Part shown: piece after piece, positions 30,636 to 41,700 of the stretch
Numbering within the stretch: the stretch's first letter is position 1
Layout: the number at the start of each line of letters is the position of its first letter
NCBI GenBank assembly: GCA_949295905.1
Contig: CASFNA010000007.1
Coordinates: 110,135 to 174,134 of the forward strand
From: an uncultured Prevotellaceae bacterium
GTDB taxonomy: Bacteria; Bacteroidota; Bacteroidia; Bacteroidales; Bacteroidaceae
Direction of reading: 5' to 3'
DNA length: 64,000 nt
The notes under the pieces: model-generated
Seen by the model: the letters and a program-made list of their open reading frames with translations, nothing else
The model's database searches: none
What the model was told of the DNA's origin: nothing
Position numbers and translations under genes: made by a program

Positions 30636-31289
30636 TCATTTAATTATCGTTTGCCAAAAACGTCCAGGCCCATTAGTCGGTCCTTCTGCCCACAAAGATG
30701 CATCAGGACAAGTTATAATTCGGTCACGACAATAAGATATTATAATGTTATCTAATGGCGAACAATAATATATTGCATTTAAGAAATATTTATTTCCACT
30801 AAACAGTTGAACAAAAACAAAGCAGTCGGTTTCACCCTCATTATATGCGTTCATGGCTAATGGAGTGACAAAAACATTCTTAAAGGAATGTCCTTTTATT
30901 GTCGCATCCGCCAAAGCCCATTCTCCATATTTGTCATTTTGGTAGCGCCCTTCAAACATTACATTGTCCCTATCCTCATCTAAAATTTCAATATATTTGA
31001 TTTCTCCAACGCATACAAACCAACCATCACCACCTCCATTAAACAAAGTTATATCGCCACCATAATTAAAAAACTTAAAATAACAAGCAAAATCAATCTT
31101 GCCATTATCCTTTAACGGCGCATCAATCACACTCTTCATGTCATATTTTAATAATTCTTTATCTATAATAGACTTATACTCAACGTCATATTCTGGAGTA
31201 AGTCTTTCATATACATCATTCTCTTTTTCACTACATGAATAAAAAATAAAAGGTAGCATTAACAATACTAAAATTTGAAAAGTTTTCAT
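30636..31289 (-). CDS. Hypothetical lipoprotein (AT-rich island)
   Basis: MKTFQILVLLMLPFIFYS-C lipobox then SEKEND; 217-aa open frame in AT-rich DNA. Confidence 0.85.
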   Translation of the reverse strand: MKTFQILVLLMLPFIFYSCSEKENDVYERLTPEYDVEYKSIIDKELLKYDMKSVIDAPLKDNGKIDFACYFKFFNYGGDITLFNGGGDGWFVCVGEIKYIEILDEDRDNVMFEGRYQNDKYGEWALADATIKGHSFKNVFVTPLAMNAYNEGETDCFVFVQLFSGNKYFLNAIYYCSPLDNIIISYCRDRIITCPDASLWAEGPTNGPGRFWQTIIK

Positions 31290-31305
31290 CTTTATTCGTC
31301 TTAAT

Positions 31306-31629
31306 TTATTTATTACTATTTCTTTCTAAGGAACGTTTTAAATTCAAAGCCCTTCTAATCTCATCAATGTGACCGTTTTGAATGTACGTTGAACGTATTA
31401 AATATAATTTATCGGCATCACTTATTGTCTTATTCGAAGATATTTTCATAATATAGTCATACATCTCACATTCTTTCAAATACTTATCCCGATAATATTT
31501 AAAGCTATATTTTGTTGCTTCCATATCTTCTTTTATGGGGAAATAACCTATACACCAACCAAAAGCCAAACCTGCAATAAAAGCCAAAGACATTGCTACT
31601 ACTATTTTTCTTAATGACATTTCTTTCAT
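31306..31629 (-). CDS. Small single-TM hypothetical protein (AT-rich island)
   Basis: MKEMSLRKIVVAMSLAFIAGLAFGWCIG; start uncertain (31629 or 31620). Confidence 0.65.
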   Translation of the reverse strand: MKEMSLRKIVVAMSLAFIAGLAFGWCIGYFPIKEDMEATKYSFKYYRDKYLKECEMYDYIMKISSNKTISDADKLYLIRSTYIQNGHIDEIRRALNLKRSLERNSNK

Positions 31630-31687
31630 ATTAAGATTAATTATACAACTAAATTTTCTTTTTATCAACATTATTGCGCGATGATGC

Positions 31688-32443
31688 TTACTTGTCAAAT
31701 ATTTGCGAGTGCTTGATTTTTCCATCAAGAAACGGATATTCTTTTTCCAAAATCCGCTTCAACAATTCAAATGAGCCGCCTCGTATAAAAGGAGAAATTA
31801 TAACACGGTCTATCATAACTGACGGACTGACTTCAAACAATTCAAAGTCTTTACCAATATTGTCTGTTTCTGCATTTGAGGTCTCCTTATCCTCATCAAT
31901 GAAATAAAAACGTACCTCATGTTCCGAACTATACCCCTTACTTTTGCTAAAAAGATAATCAAGCGGCTCGTCGTTATAGGAAAAACCGTCGTAAAACATT
32001 TTCGAACAATACGCATTGTACCCATTAAGTGTCGCAAAAGAAGCAACGACATTGTTAATTGTTGAAACGACGCACACGCCACAATTACCTGACGTGTATG
32101 TTTTCCACATGAGATAATCATCCTCTACTTTTGTCCAACATGAAGCGAGATACTTGCGTGAACGATTAACATTGTCCCTCAAATTTTTCAACCTTTCTTC
32201 TTCAAATGGGATTAGCTTTGGTGTTCCAGAAGCAGGGACAATGGAAAAAAGATAACGTTTCGGTATAAACTTCCCAGCGTCATACTTGTCTGTAAATCTG
32301 CTTTTCGCTGATACATAAAACTTACCGTCAAGGATTTGCAAGAAGTTGTCAAAGTCAAGGTAGCGACAAATCATAGAGTTTATGTCATCTGTAACGTTAA
32401 GACGTAGTTGATGAACCGCACCGGTTTTTTCTACCTTTGCCAT
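31688..32443 (-). CDS. DUF2971-like protein (AT-rich island)
   Basis: RYLDFDNF, ASCWT..LMWKTY..GVCV, K..YSSEHEVR pattern. Confidence 0.75.
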   Translation of the reverse strand: MAKVEKTGAVHQLRLNVTDDINSMICRYLDFDNFLQILDGKFYVSAKSRFTDKYDAGKFIPKRYLFSIVPASGTPKLIPFEEERLKNLRDNVNRSRKYLASCWTKVEDDYLMWKTYTSGNCGVCVVSTINNVVASFATLNGYNAYCSKMFYDGFSYNDEPLDYLFSKSKGYSSEHEVRFYFIDEDKETSNAETDNIGKDFELFEVSPSVMIDRVIISPFIRGGSFELLKRILEKEYPFLDGKIKHSQIFDK

Positions 32444-32521
32444 AATTTTTGCATTTTACATTTAACATAAAACGAATAAAATGCGAATGCCATGGTTTCC
32501 AATAATTCATACGGATACAAC

Positions 32522-32728
32522 GCGTGGACGAAACTTGCCCAAGTTGCAGCCGTAGGAATTGCTGTGAAAAACGACAAGTGACGTCCACGCTATCGCAGAC
32601 GTTCGCTATCTTTCGTTTTTCAATGCTTAATGAAATTTCCTACGTTTCAACTTGCATGACCGAATAGCAAACGCTAAATTTTACCCTCGAAAATGATTCC
32701 TGACGGCATTTTCTGCCGCCAATTCTCA
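32522..32728 (-). ncRNA. Candidate structured leader/ncRNA: two hairpins with complementary loops
   Basis: Stems 32522-37/32575-90 and 32599-610/32663-74; loop blocks caagttg, cgtaggaa, tgaaaaacga match the reverse complement of the other loop; promoter TATCTTTG at 32733-32740. Confidence 0.65.
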
Positions 32729-33038
32729 ACCGCAAAGATATATCTTTTATTTTAAAGACAAAAACATTATACTAAAAAACATTTACGCATTATAAATAGA
32801 AACACATTACAACACATGAGAGATACTTAATAAGTATCAAGCATAGCAGACAAATGTTAATTCTGAATTTTGTAATGAACCAGACGAAAAACGGGCGTTA
32901 TCCGGGCAAAACATGCCATTCTTACAGGCAGCAAGACGCTGCTTAGCTCCGGCAGGACGGCGTATTTTCACATCATTTTACCAAATGCAGAGGTTATTTC
33001 ATATTTATTCACACGCAGAATAGCGGTCGGCAAGGCCA

Positions 33039-33185
33039 TTTCAACGGTATTCTGACATGCCAAAGACGGTCTTTGAGGATGCTAAAGACGGTCTTTGACA
33101 TCATTAAAGACGGCAAACGGCATGGATAAAGGCCGTCTATGCGGCGGGCGGAAGGCGTATTCGCCGCATCCAAAGGCCGTTTTCA
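33039..33185. repeat. 22-bp-period array, locus H (7 units, partly degenerate)
   Basis: Units at 33039, 33061, 33083, 33105, 33127, 33149, 33171. Confidence 0.85.
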
Positions 33186-33433
33186 AGCGTTTAAAATGTT
33201 AATATTAACATTCCAAGCCATTACATTTAACATTCCAAGAAGCCACGCCGCACACGCCAACAGGCCGACACGCGCTCCGCCGTAGACGTGAAAGCACAGC
33301 CAATGCCGCGGCAAGTCTTTTCATCAGACTCCACGACACCGGCCACGGCTAAAACATCCACATTTCTTAATCCTTCATTCTTATATCTTTGGAAAAAGCA
33401 CTACCTTTGCAGCCACGTTAAACTTTTATTAAG

Positions 33434-34858
33434 ATGAGGATGCTTTCAGACGCCGAACTGGCGCAGCTTTTAGATAAAGACATATTCCATAAAATATCGG
33501 AAACGGCCGACCGGCTCGGCCTTGAATGCTACGTGGTGGGGGGCTACGTGCGCGACCTTTTCCTCGAACGGCCGTCCAACGACATCGACGTAGTCGTGGT
33601 GGGCAGCGGCATAAGCATGGCCGAGGCGCTGAAAAAGCAGCTCGGAGGGTACGCCCGCCTGTCGGTATTCCGCAACTTCGGAACGGCGCAGGTGAAGTAT
33701 AACGACCTTGAAATAGAGTTCGTCGGCGCGCGCAAGGAGAGCTACAGCCACGACTCGCGCAAGCCGGTGGTGGAGGACGGCACACTGGAGGACGACCAGA
33801 ACCGCCGCGACTTCACCATAAACGCCCTCGCCGTATGCCTCAACCGGGCGCGCTTCGGCGAGCTGGTTGACCCCTTCGACGGACTGGCCGACCTCGAGGA
33901 CGGCATCATACGCACGCCGCTCGACCCCGACATCACATTCTCCGACGACCCCCTGCGCATGTTGCGGTGCGTCCGCTTCGCCGCGCAGCTCAACTTCTTC
34001 ATCGAAGACGAGACGTTTGACGCCCTCATGCGCAACGCCGACCGCATCAAGATAATAAGCGGCGAGCGCGTGCAGGAAGAGCTTAACAAAATAATGATGA
34101 CCGCCACGCCGAGCAAAGGCCTTGTCGAACTGTACCGCTGCGGACTGCTGCCGCGGCTGCTGCCCGAGCTTACCGCCCTCGACATTGTGGAGAAACGCAA
34201 CGGCCGGGCGCACAAAAACAACTTCTACCACACGCTCGAAGTGCTCGACAACGTGAGCCGCAAGAGCGACAACCTGTGGCTGCGCTGGGCCGCGCTGCTG
34301 CACGACATAGGCAAGCCCAAGACCAAACGGTGGAACAACGCACTCGGATGGACGTTCCACAACCATAACTTCGTGGGGGCGAAAATGGTGCCCGACATCT
34401 TCCGCAGGCTGAAACTGCCCATGGACGCGAAGATGAAATACGTACGCAAACTCGTAGACCTGCACATGCGCCCCATAGTAATAGCCGACGAGGTGGTGAC
34501 CGACAGCGCTGTGCGCCGCCTGCTCAACGACGCCGGCGACGACATAGACGACCTCATGACGCTGTGCGAGGCCGACATAACCAGCAAGAACGAAGGCCGC
34601 AAGAAGCACTTTCTCGAGAACTTCCGCATAGTCCGCTCCAAGCTGCACGACCTCAAGGAGAAGGACTACAAGCGGCTGCTGCAACCCTGCATAGACGGCA
34701 ACGAAATAATGAGCATGTTCAACCTGAAGCCGTCGCACGAGGTTGGCGAGCTGAAAAAATACCTGAAGGACGCCGTGCTCGACAACCGCGTGCCCAACGA
34801 ACGCGAGCCTCTCATGGCACTATTGATGGAAAAGGCCAAGGAAATGGGGCTGGCGTGA
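33434..34858 (+). CDS. cca: CCA tRNA nucleotidyltransferase with HD domain
   Basis: VGGYVRD..DID, RRDFTINA, DDPLRMLR, LLHDIGK; TACCTTTG box at 33402-33409. Confidence 0.93.
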   Translation: MRMLSDAELAQLLDKDIFHKISETADRLGLECYVVGGYVRDLFLERPSNDIDVVVVGSGISMAEALKKQLGGYARLSVFRNFGTAQVKYNDLEIEFVGARKESYSHDSRKPVVEDGTLEDDQNRRDFTINALAVCLNRARFGELVDPFDGLADLEDGIIRTPLDPDITFSDDPLRMLRCVRFAAQLNFFIEDETFDALMRNADRIKIISGERVQEELNKIMMTATPSKGLVELYRCGLLPRLLPELTALDIVEKRNGRAHKNNFYHTLEVLDNVSRKSDNLWLRWAALLHDIGKPKTKRWNNALGWTFHNHNFVGAKMVPDIFRRLKLPMDAKMKYVRKLVDLHMRPIVIADEVVTDSAVRRLLNDAGDDIDDLMTLCEADITSKNEGRKKHFLENFRIVRSKLHDLKEKDYKRLLQPCIDGNEIMSMFNLKPSHEVGELKKYLKDAVLDNRVPNEREPLMALLMEKAKEMGLA

Positions 34859-34923
34859 AGCCTGCCACGGCCGCAACACTTGGCTTGAAGAAATACAGGC
34901 AAAGGCCTGTAAGGCAAAAAAAC

Positions 34924-34958
34924 AAAGGGTGGGAACCGTGAAAGTTCCCACCCTTTTT
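34924..34958. terminator. Bidirectional terminator
   Basis: aaagggtgggaac..gttcccaccctttt between convergent genes. Confidence 0.8.
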
Positions 34959-35004
34959 CCTTAACCGGCCGCTTGAATCAGCGACTCGTGTCAATTGTTG
35001 ACAT

Positions 35005-36261
35005 TTATTTCATCACCTTTACGGCCTTGCTTGTGCCGTCGGCAAACTTCATAACCTTGATGTTTACGCCCTTTTCCGCACCGTTGATACGGCGGCCAGA
35101 CAGGTCGAAATATTGTGTGCTTACAGCATCCTTCACGTCATTTGTTACAGTGTTGCTTATACCTGAAGATACAGGAGCACCCAGTTTAAGATTTGAATAA
35201 TAAGCATTTCCATACAAGCCGCTGCCATCTGAGTACAAATCAAACAATGTTTCATTTGCCAACTGTGTGTAAGAGCCATCAGCACCAGCGGTAAATGTAG
35301 ACGCGAAATCAAAATATACTTCTCCACTCTCTATATTGTCAGTCGCAACCATAGCATAGTCATCTGCAACAACCTGAGCTCCTACACTAAGGCTTCCATC
35401 CTCGTTGTTAAAAGCCATGACATAAGCATTAGGATAATAATCAAACAAGCCTTTGAATACACGAAGTCCCAATTCCTGATTATTATACTCCTCAACCGTC
35501 TTGTCCACTTCTACATTGACATATTGCATAAGGTCATAATCAGGCACTTCTCCAATTCCAGTAAGCGTCCTTTCTGATTTTTCAAAATTTGAAGACGGGA
35601 AAATCAACATGTTATAAGCATATCCATAGAATCCGCTGTCAGAGAACAATCCAACATAGCAAGGCATATCAGACGTTGAACCGTCAAAAATAGTACCGTC
35701 GCTTGCATCAACATACAGTATAATCGGCTCTTCTGATTCCGCAAGCGTATATCCTTGCGTCGTTGATGTAAGTTCACCCTTGCTGAAATACAACGTCATA
35801 TCACCATAATAGGTAGTAACAGTACCAATTTCCTGATGGGAAGGTATGGTTATGGTCGAACCGTCATCACTTAAAGTACCTGTTAGATAAGCAGGCTCAG
35901 CTTCATTCAATTGAGACAGATAAAAATCGTTTGGAATGTAAACTGTATTCCCGTCAAAGTACAATGTCACCTTGTTTATTCTTGGTAAATCGGCAATCGC
36001 ATAAGCATTCTCTGCCCTGTAGAAAAAGTAGTCACGTGCTTCTCCTGAAGGAGCCGCCTTTGCCGAAGGTGCTTTCATTGAGTTTTTCTGAAGCCCTTGT
36101 GCTGCATTCTGTGCCTTTACAGGTGCTATTCTTCCGGTGATGTTTGACACATTTTGATTTTCAATGGAAGTAATCCTTGTACGGTTCAACAGCTGCGCGT
36201 TCTGCGCTGTGCCACTGATTGCGAACAATGCTGTCGCAACAAAGAGTAAAATCTTTTTCAT
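35005..36261 (-). CDS. Secreted protein with a Prevotella-type T9SS C-terminal domain
   Basis: MKKILL signal peptide; C-terminal SGIS..YFDLSGRR..KGVNI..KVMK; lower GC. Confidence 0.85.
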   Translation of the reverse strand: MKKILLFVATALFAISGTAQNAQLLNRTRITSIENQNVSNITGRIAPVKAQNAAQGLQKNSMKAPSAKAAPSGEARDYFFYRAENAYAIADLPRINKVTLYFDGNTVYIPNDFYLSQLNEAEPAYLTGTLSDDGSTITIPSHQEIGTVTTYYGDMTLYFSKGELTSTTQGYTLAESEEPIILYVDASDGTIFDGSTSDMPCYVGLFSDSGFYGYAYNMLIFPSSNFEKSERTLTGIGEVPDYDLMQYVNVEVDKTVEEYNNQELGLRVFKGLFDYYPNAYVMAFNNEDGSLSVGAQVVADDYAMVATDNIESGEVYFDFASTFTAGADGSYTQLANETLFDLYSDGSGLYGNAYYSNLKLGAPVSSGISNTVTNDVKDAVSTQYFDLSGRRINGAEKGVNIKVMKFADGTSKAVKVMK

Positions 36262-36864
36262 AAATGAACTGTTTAAAAGGTTATACATGTTAGTTGTGAT
36301 ATTGATTGTACTTGCTACAATTAATCAAAATGAATTAAATGGTTTTCCTTTTGCAGGTTCAGCACCTATATGCTTAACTTTTTGTCAAAGGTAGTAATTT
36401 ATTTGACAGCAACATAATTTTATCGGATTTTTTTAATTTTCACCGCAATTTTCCCTGTTCCGCATAATAATAAAGAGGTATAACCGACATTTTCCTGCAT
36501 GGTTCTGCATTACAGAATATCGCCATGCGCAATGCGGCATGTTGCCCATAGGCGAGGCTTGGCAGGCTTGTTGCGATACGTCTATGGCCGGAAACCAATT
36601 GAAGACGTGCAGTTTTTCATCCTCCGAAACAATGCCCGACTTGCATTTCAGACGTATCAACGAGCAGCATCACATGCAACCTGCATTAACAAATATTGGC
36701 CGAAACAGGGCGTAAAAGTGTTAATTAACATACAAAAAGCAACCGGTTCCAGTGTCGTGGACGAATTATCGGGCAGAAACAGCGTGTTTTTTCGTTCTAC
36801 GTATTTGCCTGTCAGCCAGCGCATTACAACAGAACGCAGTTCAGCCCACATTTTCATGGAATAC

Positions 36865-36989
36865 AAAAGGCCGTCAAACGCAAGGCGAAAGGCCGTCTTT
36901 TACTGCGCGTCCGGCGGCATTTTGGCACGCCGATGACAGCCTTTTGCATAACAAAAAACAGTTTTTCGTGACGAGAAATGCAGTTTTTG
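36865..36989. repeat. 22-bp-period array, locus I (6 units, decaying)
   Basis: Units at 36865, 36887, 36909, 36931, 36953, 36975. Confidence 0.8.
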
Positions 36990-37387
36990 GCATCCCCGTC
37001 GCCAGCACTCCGCGCCGTTAACGGGCACAACGTGCCGTGTGCTTCGTAGTTTTCCAGGATATGAATGTTAAATGAGACATGCCCCAATGTTAAATATCTA
37101 AAATAAAGAAAGTCACATTCCCCGGCGTGTGCGGGCATAGCCTATTAGTCTACAAGGCACTTGTCCTGTTTTTCCCGTAGACTTGCCGAAATGCCCGCAC
37201 ACACGCATTTCCGCATCAAAATAAAGTTAAAACACAATAATTATCATTTAGACCTGTAGCAAAATACAATTATAATGTGTACATTTGCACTCCGAAAACC
37301 GAGCGGAATGAAATAGTTTTCAACATTCCGGCCGGCCAAGACATCAGCATTTACAAGAAAATCTAAAAACAGTTTGAATAAATAGGT

Positions 37388-38578
37388 ATGAAAAAGAACA
37401 AGTTTTTATTGCTTGCAGCGGTTGCTGTGACGTTCGCTTCGTGCGGCGGACAACAAGGTAAAATGGGAGACGACGAGTACGCTGTCAGAACCATCGAGAC
37501 GCAAAGCACTGAACTGCAAACTTCTTACCCCGCTACTATCAGGGGCGTACAGGACGTGGAAATACGCCCGATGGTTTCAGGATTCATCACGAAAATGTAT
37601 GTAAAGGAAGGCCAGACGGTGAAGAAGGGCCAGGTGCTTTTCGAAATCAACAAGGTAACTTACGAGGCTGCGTCGCGCCAGGCCAAGGCTGCCGTAAACT
37701 CGGCGGAAGCCCAGCTGAACACGTCGAAGCTGACTTACGAGAACAACCAGAAGCTCTTTGCCAACAACGTAATCGGTACTTACGAGCTGCAATCATCAAA
37801 GAACGCCTACGAGAACGCGCAGGCGGCGCTGGCGCAGGCCAAGGCCAACTACGTTTCGGCCAAGCAGAACCTTGACTACTGCTACGTTACCAGCCCGGCC
37901 AACGGCGTCGTGGGCGACCTGCCTTACCGTGTAGGCGCGCTCGTGAGCGCGTCGAGCGCACAGCCGCTTACCACCGTGTCTGACATCAACACGATGCAGG
38001 TGTACTTCGCAATGACGGAGAAGGACGTGCTCGACATGACCAAGACCAAGGGCGGGCTGCACGCAGCAATAAGCGAATACCCGGCCGTCAAGCTGCAACT
38101 GGCCGACGGAACGACGTACAACCACGAAGGCAAGGTGGCTGCGGTGAGCGGTGTCATAGACCAGTCTACCGGCTCCGTGTCGATGCGCGCCGACTTCCCC
38201 AACCCCGAGCACTTGCTCAAGAGCGGCGGTTCGGGCTACATCGTTGTGCCTCACGTAAGCACAGGAGTGGTAGTAATACCGCAGGCTGCCGTGGTACAGG
38301 TGCAAGACAGGTACTTCGTCTACATCCTCGGCAAAGACAACAAGGTGAAGTATAGCCCCGTAACCGTCAACCCCAACAACGACGGAAAGAACTACATCAT
38401 AGAGAGTGGGCTGAAGGCCGGCGACAAGATTGTAGTGAGCGGCGTGACAACGCTTAAGGACGGAATGAAGATTACGCCCATAACAGAAGAGCAGTATCAG
38501 GAGAAGCTGAAGAAGACAAGCCAGATGGGCGCTCACCAGAACGACCTGAACAAACTGAAGGAAGACCTTACAAAGTAA
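37388..38578 (+). CDS. RND efflux periplasmic adaptor (AcrA-like lipoprotein)
   Basis: Lipobox FAS-C, VEIRPMVSG..EGQTVKKGQVLF, hairpin coiled coil; TACATTTG box at 37280-37287. Confidence 0.95.
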   Translation: MKKNKFLLLAAVAVTFASCGGQQGKMGDDEYAVRTIETQSTELQTSYPATIRGVQDVEIRPMVSGFITKMYVKEGQTVKKGQVLFEINKVTYEAASRQAKAAVNSAEAQLNTSKLTYENNQKLFANNVIGTYELQSSKNAYENAQAALAQAKANYVSAKQNLDYCYVTSPANGVVGDLPYRVGALVSASSAQPLTTVSDINTMQVYFAMTEKDVLDMTKTKGGLHAAISEYPAVKLQLADGTTYNHEGKVAAVSGVIDQSTGSVSMRADFPNPEHLLKSGGSGYIVVPHVSTGVVVIPQAAVVQVQDRYFVYILGKDNKVKYSPVTVNPNNDGKNYIIESGLKAGDKIVVSGVTTLKDGMKITPITEEQYQEKLKKTSQMGAHQNDLNKLKEDLTK

Positions 38579-38700
38579 ATGTCGGGGCATACGATGATGC
38601 GGTTTTACGGTCATACGGTATCGCGGCGGACGCCTGCCTTACCACAAAAACCGTATAACCTCATAACCCCATGACCCCATAACCGACAAAAATAGAACAA

Positions 38701-41700
38701 ATGAGATTAGACAACTTTATAAAACGCCCGGTGCTCTCGACCGTCATCTCAATCCTGACGGTCATCCTGGGCTGTATCGGACTGGTGTCGTTGCCTATCG
38801 AGCAATACCCTGACGTTGCGCCGCCTACGGTAAGCGTGCGCGCCAACTACATGGGAGCAAACGCCCAGACCGTGCTCAACTCGGTCATCGTGCCGCTTGA
38901 GGAGCAAATCAACGGTGTGGAGGGCATGACCTACATGACCTCAACCGCCACCAACGAAGGCTCGGCCAGCATACAGGTGTTCTTCAAACAGGGAATGAAC
39001 GCCGACATGTGCCAGGTCAATGTGCAGAACCGCGTGTCGCAGGCTACGGCCTTGCTGCCGGCCGAAGTAACCCAGTCGGGTGTCACAGTACAGAAGAGGC
39101 AGACCTCTACGGTGCTCCTCATGGCAATCAAGGGCGACCCCGAAAGGTATGACGAGAAGTTCCTCCAGAACTATGCCGACATCAACATCATTCCTGCCGT
39201 TAAGCGTGTGAACGGTGTGGGCGACTGCGAGGTGATGGGTGCGAAGACATATTCAATGCGTATATGGCTCGACCCCATCAAGATGAAGAACTACGGCCTG
39301 ATGCCGTCAGACATCTCCGGCGTGCTTGCACAGCAGAACATCGAGGCCGCTCCGGGTAAGTTCGGCGAGCAGAGCGACAACCAGTACGAGTACACCATCC
39401 GCTACAAAGGCCGCTTGCAGACTCCTACGGAGTTTGAGAACATGATTATCTCGAGCGACGACAACGGCAACACAATCCGCGTGAAGGACGTTGCACGCGT
39501 AGAACTTGGCGGTCTTTACTACAGCGTAACGTCAAAGGTAAACGGTCAGCCGGCCGTCATGATGATGGTGACACAGACCGCAGGCTCTAACGCTACGCAG
39601 ATTGTGAGCGACATCAAGAAGGTGATTGACGACCAGAGGGAGCTGCTTCCTCCGGGTGTCGAGATACAATACATGCAGGACGTGACCGAGTTCCTTTACG
39701 CTTCAATGAACGACCTTATCCATACGTTGTTCGAGGCGTTCGTGCTCGTGTTCATCGTTGTGTACATATTCTTGCAGGACTTCCGCTCCACGCTCATCCC
39801 GCTTATCGCGGTGCCGGTGTCGTTGGTCGGTACGTTCTTCTTCCTTTACGTGTTCGGATTCTCGCTCAACCTGCTTACGCTTTCAGCCCTCGTGCTGGCT
39901 ATTGCGATAGTCGTCGATGACGCGATAGTCGTAGTCGAGGCCGTCCACGCCAAGCTCGACCTTGGCTACAAGTCGGCCCGCACGGCGTCAATCGACGCGA
40001 TGAACGAAATATCTGGTGCCATCATATCTATTACCCTTGTGATGTCGGCCGTGTTCATCCCGGTGTCTTTCATCGGCGGAACTTCCGGTACGTTCTACAA
40101 GGAGTTCGGTATCACGATGGCAATCTCAATCGTCATCTCCGCTATCAACGCGCTTACGCTGTCTCCGGCGTTGTGCGCCGTGCTGCTGAAACCTAAGAAC
40201 GAGGACGGCTCGGCACGCAAGATGTCGATGCTCGACCGCTTCCATGCAGCCTTCAACGGCGCATACGGCAAGGTGCAGGACAAGTACACGAAGAGCGTCC
40301 GCAAGATTGTTGAAAAGCCGGTTATCGCCATTCTCGCCGTTGTTGTCGGCGTTGCGGCGCTCGTATTCACGGCAATGAACACGAAGACTGGTCTCGTTCC
40401 TGACGAGGATACGGGTACGGTATTCTGTACGGTGTCCACCGCTCCGGGTACTTCTCTTACCGAAACAAACAAGGTTATGGACCAGGTTGACTCGATGCTT
40501 GCCACCAACCCGGCTATCGAGAACCGCCTGCGCATCACCGGTTACAACTTCATCTCCGGCCAAGGTACCAACCAAGGTACATTCGTCATCAAGCTGAAGT
40601 CGTTTGAGGCGCGCGACAAGGAGGAAGGATTCATGAAGTATTTTGACGTTCACTCGATGGGTTCCAAGATGGTGCTCGCCATGATTTACAAGCAGACGGC
40701 AGCCATCAAGGGCGCACAAATCCTGGCGTTCCAGCCGCCTATGGTGCAAGGTTTCTCCGCAACCAACGGCTTGACGTTCTCTATGCTCGACCGTACCGGT
40801 GGCGATGTCAACAACTTCTTCAAGATAACGCAGAACTTCCTGGCCGAGCTTAACCAGCGTCCCGAAATAGGAACGGCCATGACTTCGTACAACTCTCAGT
40901 ACCCACAGTACATGATTGACGTGAACGTTGCGAAGTGCAAACAGAGCGGCATCGACCCGAGCACCGTGCTTACGGCAATGCAGGGATACTACGGCGGTCT
41001 GTATGCGTCTAACTTCAACTCGTTCGGTAAGCTCTACCGTGTCATGATTCAGGCCGACCCGAAGATGCGTGAAGACCTGAAGAGCATGAACAACGTGTAT
41101 GTACGCACTGCCAACGGCATGGCGCCCATCAACGAGTTCGTGACAATGACAAAGGTTTACGGCCCGCAGGAAATCGCCCGCTTCAACCTCTTCACCTCTA
41201 TTGACGTCAACGCCACCGCGGCCGACGGCTACTCTTCAGGTGACGCCATCCGTGCAATCGAGGAAGTGGCAAGCACCACGCTGCCCACAGGTTTCGGCTA
41301 TGAATTCTCCGGTCTGACGCGTTCTGAGCAGGAATCAAGCAGCTCCACGATGATAATCTTCGCGCTCTGTCTTACCTTCGTGTACCTGATTTTGAGTGCG
41401 CAGTACGAGAGTTACCTTGTGCCTCTGTCGGTAATATTGTCAATTCCGTTCGGTATCGCCGGCGCATTCATCTTCACCGACCTGTTCGGAAAGCAGAACG
41501 ACATCTACATGCAGATTGCGCTCATCATGCTTATAGGACTTCTGGCGAAGAACGCCATCCTCATCGTGCAGTTCGCCCTCGAGCGAAGAAGGACGGGTAT
41601 GGCTCTCTCATGGGCGTCAGTCCTTGGCGCACAAGCCCGTCTGCGTCCTATCTTGATGACCTCGTTGGCTATGATTATCGGCCTTATGCCGTTGCTCATA

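Noticed and set aside
33470-34738. Long antisense ORFs (also 1625-2590, 57036-58562, 62147-63604, 37796-38614)
   Set aside because: Shadows of GC3-rich genes on the opposite strand, with no recognisable motifs.
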